Assembly (NCBI GenBank): GCA_905612225.1
Contig: CAJQRG010000006.1
Coordinates: forward strand, 1,483 to 65,482
DNA from: Emcibacteraceae bacterium
GTDB lineage: Bacteria > Pseudomonadota > Alphaproteobacteria > Sphingomonadales > Emcibacteraceae
Direction of reading: 5' to 3'
Length of the DNA stretch: 64,000 nt
Shown here: piece after piece, positions 59,801 to 64,000 of the stretch
Layout: each line of letters opens with the position of its first letter
Numbering within the stretch: position 1 is the first letter of the stretch
Notes under the pieces: model-generated
The model's input: the letters and a program-made list of their open reading frames with translations, nothing else
Told to the model about the DNA's origin: nothing
The model's database searches: none
Made by a program: the position numbers and the translations under genes

Positions 59801-60409
59801 TTACTGATGCTTGTTAAACCACTCACTCGATAGTCTCTGGCCCACAGCTATTTGCGGTTTTGTCATTTTTTTTTCAATCATTTCTTTGTTTGTCTTAGCA
59901 ATAGCATATCCCTGAGCAGCAGCTAGACTTAGCCACTTATATGCCTCTACATAATCCTGTGGAACGAGCCTACCAAAATAATACATAAAACCAAGATTTA
60001 TTTGAGCTTTGGCATTGCCTTGCTCTGCAGCTAGCCCGTACCACGATACAGCTTTTTTACTGTCCTGTGGAACCCCTTTACCAATATCATACATCCTGGC
60101 AAGATTGGATTGAGCACGATTATCCCCCTGATCTGCAGCTAAGCGATACCACTTCACGGCCTCTACATAATCCTTAGAAACGGCCCTACCACTCTTATAC
60201 ATGTTACCAAGGTTACATTGAGCAGAACCAAGTCCCTGATCAGCGGCCAAGCGATACCACTTTACAGCCTCAACATCATCCTGAGAAACCCCAGTACCAT
60301 CAAGATACTTGTTTCCATTATCATTTTGAGCATTAGCATCTTTGAGATTAGTTATGTCTTGTGTTAGAGTATTAGTCTTTGTTGTTACTTTAATTTGTTC
60401 ATTTTTCAT
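59801..60409 (-). CDS. Sel1-repeat protein
   Basis: Four 36-aa units of type AQxNLGxMYxxGxxVxQDxxEAVKWYRLAAxQG and terminal MTKPQI cap. Confidence 0.9.
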   Translation of the reverse strand: MKNEQIKVTTKTNTLTQDITNLKDANAQNDNGNKYLDGTGVSQDDVEAVKWYRLAADQGLGSAQCNLGNMYKSGRAVSKDYVEAVKWYRLAADQGDNRAQSNLARMYDIGKGVPQDSKKAVSWYGLAAEQGNAKAQINLGFMYYFGRLVPQDYVEAYKWLSLAAAQGYAIAKTNKEMIEKKMTKPQIAVGQRLSSEWFNKHQ

Positions 60410-60829
60410 TCCTCACTCTACCCAGAAATTATTAAGTTAGCAAACTAACTCTATAGTCTAATAGTATGTTGTTTTAAAAACCGTACAATCTAATTAATAA
60501 ACTGATGGTCTCATCTAATTTCCTAGGAATTCCTATATAAGTATTATAAATAAATAATTTAACATCACTTAATGTAGGGTGGTTCATACTGTTGCTGTGC
60601 CTTATCAAAGTATTGTAAAACGATTAAGACAAGTTCAGTTTTAAGGTATTACTAAGTGTTAAGTATCACTGCTAGTTCGGATAGTTCCTTTTTAATACTT
60701 ATTTTCGACTTTTAAAATATTTTAAAGATATGGCCATTTAACAAAATATTGGCTACACAGAATGGGAAAAAAAGTTAATTTGACAGTACTCAAAATCTTA
60801 ATTTTTTGAGTTTTTCTTAGGATATATAT

Positions 60830-61186
60830 TTGGAAATATCATACAAAAAAAGAAAAGTAATTTGGGGGTTAATGGTATTGGTAGTAGTGATTTTATCACT
60901 TTTACCTCAAGATCAAATTTCTATTCAACTGCCATTTACTGATAAAGAAGCTCATTTTTTCACTTATTTTATCCTCACCTTTATTGCGCTTTTATCGTCT
61001 AATCAAAAGCATTCTTTATTATCAATTTTGGCGATACAAATTTTAATTGGCATCTTTTTGGAAGTTACACAAATATTTGTTCCTGGCCGCACTCCAGAAT
61101 TTCTTGATTTGCTAGCAAATAGTTTGGGGGTTTTATTTGGGGCTTTGGTATATTTTCTCTTTAGAAAAATAAAACCAACAGCTTAA
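60830..61186 (+). CDS. VanZ family membrane protein
   Basis: LSLLP, DKEAHFFTY, EVTQIFVPGR, DLLANSLG. Confidence 0.85.
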   Translation: MEISYKKRKVIWGLMVLVVVILSLLPQDQISIQLPFTDKEAHFFTYFILTFIALLSSNQKHSLLSILAIQILIGIFLEVTQIFVPGRTPEFLDLLANSLGVLFGALVYFLFRKIKPTA

Positions 61187-61308
61187 AACTAAATTAGCCT
61201 AAGGATAAATAATTTATTTAAATAGATTTTTCATACCTCACTTTACCCAAATACCAGTACGTGAGCTAAATTAAACTAAGGTCAGGTATATACTGAGATT
61301 GCAATGAT

Positions 61309-62202
61309 GTGAAAAACGGATATATTTCGCAAGAAAGATTTAGCACTATCGCTAGTCAACTGAAGCACTTTTTTCAACATGTGGGATTTAGAATGGTTAT
61401 ATCTGAGCAAGAGCTAGAAATACAGGCACAAAATAACGTATACGAAACGGATGACTTGATTGCACAATACTGTGAATTTCATTACGGCAATGAATATTTT
61501 TCTGTGAAAAATTTTCCAGTCACATGCGTGCAAGCGCTTATGAAAAACGTTCAAACTAATAATATTACTACAGACAGGGCGCTTGATTTAGGATGTGCAG
61601 TAGGTCGGTCCTCATTTGAGTTGGCGAAGAATTTTCTGCATGTGGATGCGTTAGATTTTTCTGCAGGTTTCGTGCAACAAGGAGCAAAGTTGCAGGCACA
61701 CAATCGGCTGCGATATACGGTTCCAGTTGAGGGTGAAATCATTGAGTACAAGGAAGTCTTGTTAGATAAGCTAGGTTATGGTGAAGTGAAGGATCGCATT
61801 GATTTCCAGCAGGGTGACGCTTGTAACCTCAAGCGGCAGTTTACTGACTACAATGTGGTTTTCGCCGGAAATCTAATCGACCGGCTCTACGATCCAGCGT
61901 TGTTTCTCAGAAAAATAGAAGATCGCATAGTGCCTGGTGGTTTGTTAGTCCTTACATCGCCTTATACTTGGCTCGAAGAATATACTGATAAGAGTAATTG
62001 GTTGGGGGCGAAAAAGGTGAATGGTGAAAATTTCAGCACTCTGGATGCGTTGAAACAGCAACTTTCAGACAGCTTCGCTTTTGAAGAAGCGCTGGACGTC
62101 CCATTTGTAATACGTGAGACTGCCAGAAAGTTTCAACATTCGGTGGCGCAGATGACCCTATGGCGTAAGCATAAAGACAACAGTATGGAATTTTACAGGT
62201 GA
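61309..62202 (+). CDS. ovoA: OvoA C-terminal (mercaptohistidine N-methyltransferase) domain; 5'-truncated ovoA, possibly a pseudogene
   Basis: KHFFQHVGFR (end of OvoA FGE-like domain), NVYETD...QYCEFHYG, RALDLGCAVGRSSFELA, QGDACNL, NLIDRL, SPYTWLEE, PFVIRETARKFQH. Confidence 0.8.
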   Translation: MKNGYISQERFSTIASQLKHFFQHVGFRMVISEQELEIQAQNNVYETDDLIAQYCEFHYGNEYFSVKNFPVTCVQALMKNVQTNNITTDRALDLGCAVGRSSFELAKNFLHVDALDFSAGFVQQGAKLQAHNRLRYTVPVEGEIIEYKEVLLDKLGYGEVKDRIDFQQGDACNLKRQFTDYNVVFAGNLIDRLYDPALFLRKIEDRIVPGGLLVLTSPYTWLEEYTDKSNWLGAKKVNGENFSTLDALKQQLSDSFAFEEALDVPFVIRETARKFQHSVAQMTLWRKHKDNSMEFYR

Positions 62203-62224
62203 GGGCTTAAATTTAGTGTAAATT

Positions 62225-62237
62225 TAACTAATTGATT
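62225..62237 (-). promoter_or_regulatory. IHF consensus box beside tRNA 3' end (possible att junction relic)
   Basis: Minus strand AATCAATTAGTTA matches WATCAANNNNTTR, 22 nt beyond the tRNA CCA. Confidence 0.4.
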
Positions 62238-62259
62238 TAAATAGATAATATAGGGTGAG

Positions 62260-62349
62260 TGGCGGAGAGGGAGGGATTCGAACCCTCGAAGGAGTTGCCC
62301 CCTTGCTAGTTTTCAAGACTAGTGCATTCAACCGCTCTGCCACCTCTCC
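62260..62349 (-). tRNA. tRNA-Ser (anticodon TGA), 90 nt, encoded CCA
   Basis: Reverse complement GGAGAGGTGGCAGAGCGGTTGAATGCACTAGTCTTGAAAACTAGCAAGGGGGCAACTCCTTCGAGGGTTCGAATCCCTCCCTCTCCGCCA; long variable arm, TTCGAATC T-loop. Confidence 0.97.
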
Positions 62350-62381
62350 ATAAGATGTTCGCGCGATGTATGTGATAGGAG

Positions 62382-62410
62382 GATTTAACGGATCAGAGAC
62401 TATTGGTCAA
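62382..62410 (-). promoter_or_regulatory. Candidate sigma70 promoter of tRNA-Ser
   Basis: Minus strand TTGACC-N17-TAAATC about 30 nt upstream of the tRNA 5' end. Confidence 0.45.
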
Positions 62411-62538
62411 GCATAGATTAGGTTCTTTTCATTAATCTCATACTTTTTTAGAGAATTTCTTATTTGCCTTTGAAACGCGGTAATTTTTAAACTATATATA
62501 TTATTACAAAATATTTGAAAAAATATAAAGGGTAAACA

Positions 62539-63582
62539 ATGATCAAAGTATTATTTATAATTATTGCTTCAATATCGTTCATTTCGAATGCAAATGCGCA
62601 ACGTCAGGTAGTTGATAATCCCCTATCTTTTGTTGTATGGCTCGAAGAATTTAAATTAGAGGCTCTACAAGGAGGAATAAGTCAAGAAATTCTTGATGTT
62701 ACATTTGATGGTCTGTTGCCTAACCCTAAAGTAGTTGATCTTGATCGTCGTCAGCCAGAATTTACCCAATCTTCATCAGAATATATAAAAGTTCGTGTCA
62801 GTGAGACACGTATTAAAAACGGTAAAAAGAGAATGGCTGAATTACAACCAATCCTTGATCCATCAGCAAAAACTATAGGCGTTCAAAAACGTTTTATTGC
62901 TGCTATTTGGGGGATGGAAACTAATTATGGGTCCTATACTGGTAATTTTAATGTCGTCCGTTCTTTAATGACACTGGCTTATGATATGCGCCGCAGTGCT
63001 TTTTTTAGAAGAGAGCTTCACAAAGCTCTTGTTATTCTTGAAGAAGGCCACATTGCACCAGATGCAATGATTGGTTCTTGGGCGGGGGCTATGGGGCAAG
63101 GTCAATTTATGCCAACAAGTTTTTTTGCTTATGCTTATGATATGGATGGTGACAATAAGAAGGATATTTGGACTAATGAGGCAGATGTTTTTGGCTCAAT
63201 TGGTAATTACCTTAAACAACATACCTGGCATGAGAACCAAACATGGGGCCGTGAAATCAAACTACCTGATAATTTAAATGCGAGGAAGGCTATTGTTAAT
63301 TTAACACATGAGCCAAATCCCCCCAGGTCCTGTAAAAGCGCACTTAGCTTACATAGTAAAAAATACTCTCTTACTGAATGGAAAGAAATGGGAGTTGTAA
63401 ACCTTGATGGTAGTGATATTCCTGAAGCTATAGGTGTTGGTATTGAGGCGACCCTCCTGATGCCAGGCGGTATAAACGGACCGGCCTATTTAACGTATCA
63501 AAATTTCAGAACGATTTTAACGTACAATTGTTCAAATCATTACGCCCTTGGTGTAAGCTTACTTTCTGACAAACTTAAATAA
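62539..63582 (+). CDS. mltB: Lytic murein transglycosylase (MltB family)
   Basis: LDRRQPEF, AIWGMETNYG, GSWAGAMGQGQFMPTS, DMDGDNKKDIW EF-hand-like, YNCSNHYA. Confidence 0.92.
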   Translation: MIKVLFIIIASISFISNANAQRQVVDNPLSFVVWLEEFKLEALQGGISQEILDVTFDGLLPNPKVVDLDRRQPEFTQSSSEYIKVRVSETRIKNGKKRMAELQPILDPSAKTIGVQKRFIAAIWGMETNYGSYTGNFNVVRSLMTLAYDMRRSAFFRRELHKALVILEEGHIAPDAMIGSWAGAMGQGQFMPTSFFAYAYDMDGDNKKDIWTNEADVFGSIGNYLKQHTWHENQTWGREIKLPDNLNARKAIVNLTHEPNPPRSCKSALSLHSKKYSLTEWKEMGVVNLDGSDIPEAIGVGIEATLLMPGGINGPAYLTYQNFRTILTYNCSNHYALGVSLLSDKLK

Positions 63583-63596
63583 CTGGAATCATTTAA

Positions 63597-64000
63597 ATGA
63601 GCTTCCATCGTTTTATATTTCTGATTATTTTGTGTGCATTGGTTATCGGGTGTGGCGTTAGTTCACAGTTAAAAACTTCTTCTCCACCAATACCAGGTGT
63701 TAAAATTGGAAGTCCATACAAAATTGCTGGAAAATGGTATACGCCAAAGGCTGATCCAACTTATAATCAGGTCGGTGTGGCCTCATGGTACGGTGCAGCT
63801 TTTCATAATAAAAAAACTGCTAACGGCGAAACCTATAATATGAATGCACTTACGGCTGCGCACACAACTCTGCCCATGCCAAGCTATGTAAGGGTTACAA
63901 ATCTTGAAAATAATCGCTCATTATTACTACGAGTTAATGATCGTGGGCCATTTGTTGATAATAGATTAATTGATGTATCGCGGCGTGGGGCGCAGCTTTT
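63597..64000 (+). CDS. rlpA: Septal ring lytic transglycosylase RlpA lipoprotein, runs off window
   Basis: Own translation: MSFHRFIFLIILCALVIGC...KIGSPYKIAGKWYTP...GVASWYG...TANGE...TAAHTTLPMPSYVRVTNL...RVNDRGPF...IDVSRR. Confidence 0.93.
   Translation, partial: MSFHRFIFLIILCALVIGCGVSSQLKTSSPPIPGVKIGSPYKIAGKWYTPKADPTYNQVGVASWYGAAFHNKKTANGETYNMNALTAAHTTLPMPSYVRVTNLENNRSLLLRVNDRGPFVDNRLIDVSRRGAQL

Noticed and set aside
59900-60300. 108-bp periodic nucleotide repeats as a possible CRISPR array
   Set aside because: They are the coding Sel1 repeats; no identical repeats with unique spacers and no cas genes
60830-61186. vanZ as glycopeptide resistance
   Set aside because: VanZ-like proteins are widespread and no other van genes are present

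Overview
AT-rich bacterial chromosome segment, most consistent with an alphaproteobacterium (inferred from the dusB-ntrBC-ntrYX-trkAH-hfq-hflX-mazG, tyrS/anmK, ispDF-pgpA-cinA and tRNA-Ser/mltB/rlpA gene orders). About 1-31 kb is mostly housekeeping. About 31-62 kb is an accessory, catabolism-rich patchwork ending at the 3' end of tRNA-Ser(TGA). It holds (i) a 2OG-Fe(II) oxygenase/XRE/M29-fold/AhpD cassette; (ii) an IclR-associated divergent cluster with a divergent intradiol dioxygenase pair, a beta-keto acid cleavage enzyme, class III aminotransferase, CaiB CoA-transferase, SMP-30 lactonase, DHDPS-fold lyase, three-subunit flavo/Fe-S amine dehydrogenase, SDR and Tat sulfatase; (iii) an atypical amidohydrolase, a polar amino-acid ABC importer and two M24 proteins lacking most metal ligands; (iv) a 5'-truncated ovoA retaining the methyltransferase domain. 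The most unusual sequence-level feature is a 263-codon antisense ORF covering iclR almost exactly, starting 2 nt after the upstream minus-strand gene. I saw no integrase, transposase, CRISPR array or rRNA. All product calls come from motif recognition by eye; no searches were run.
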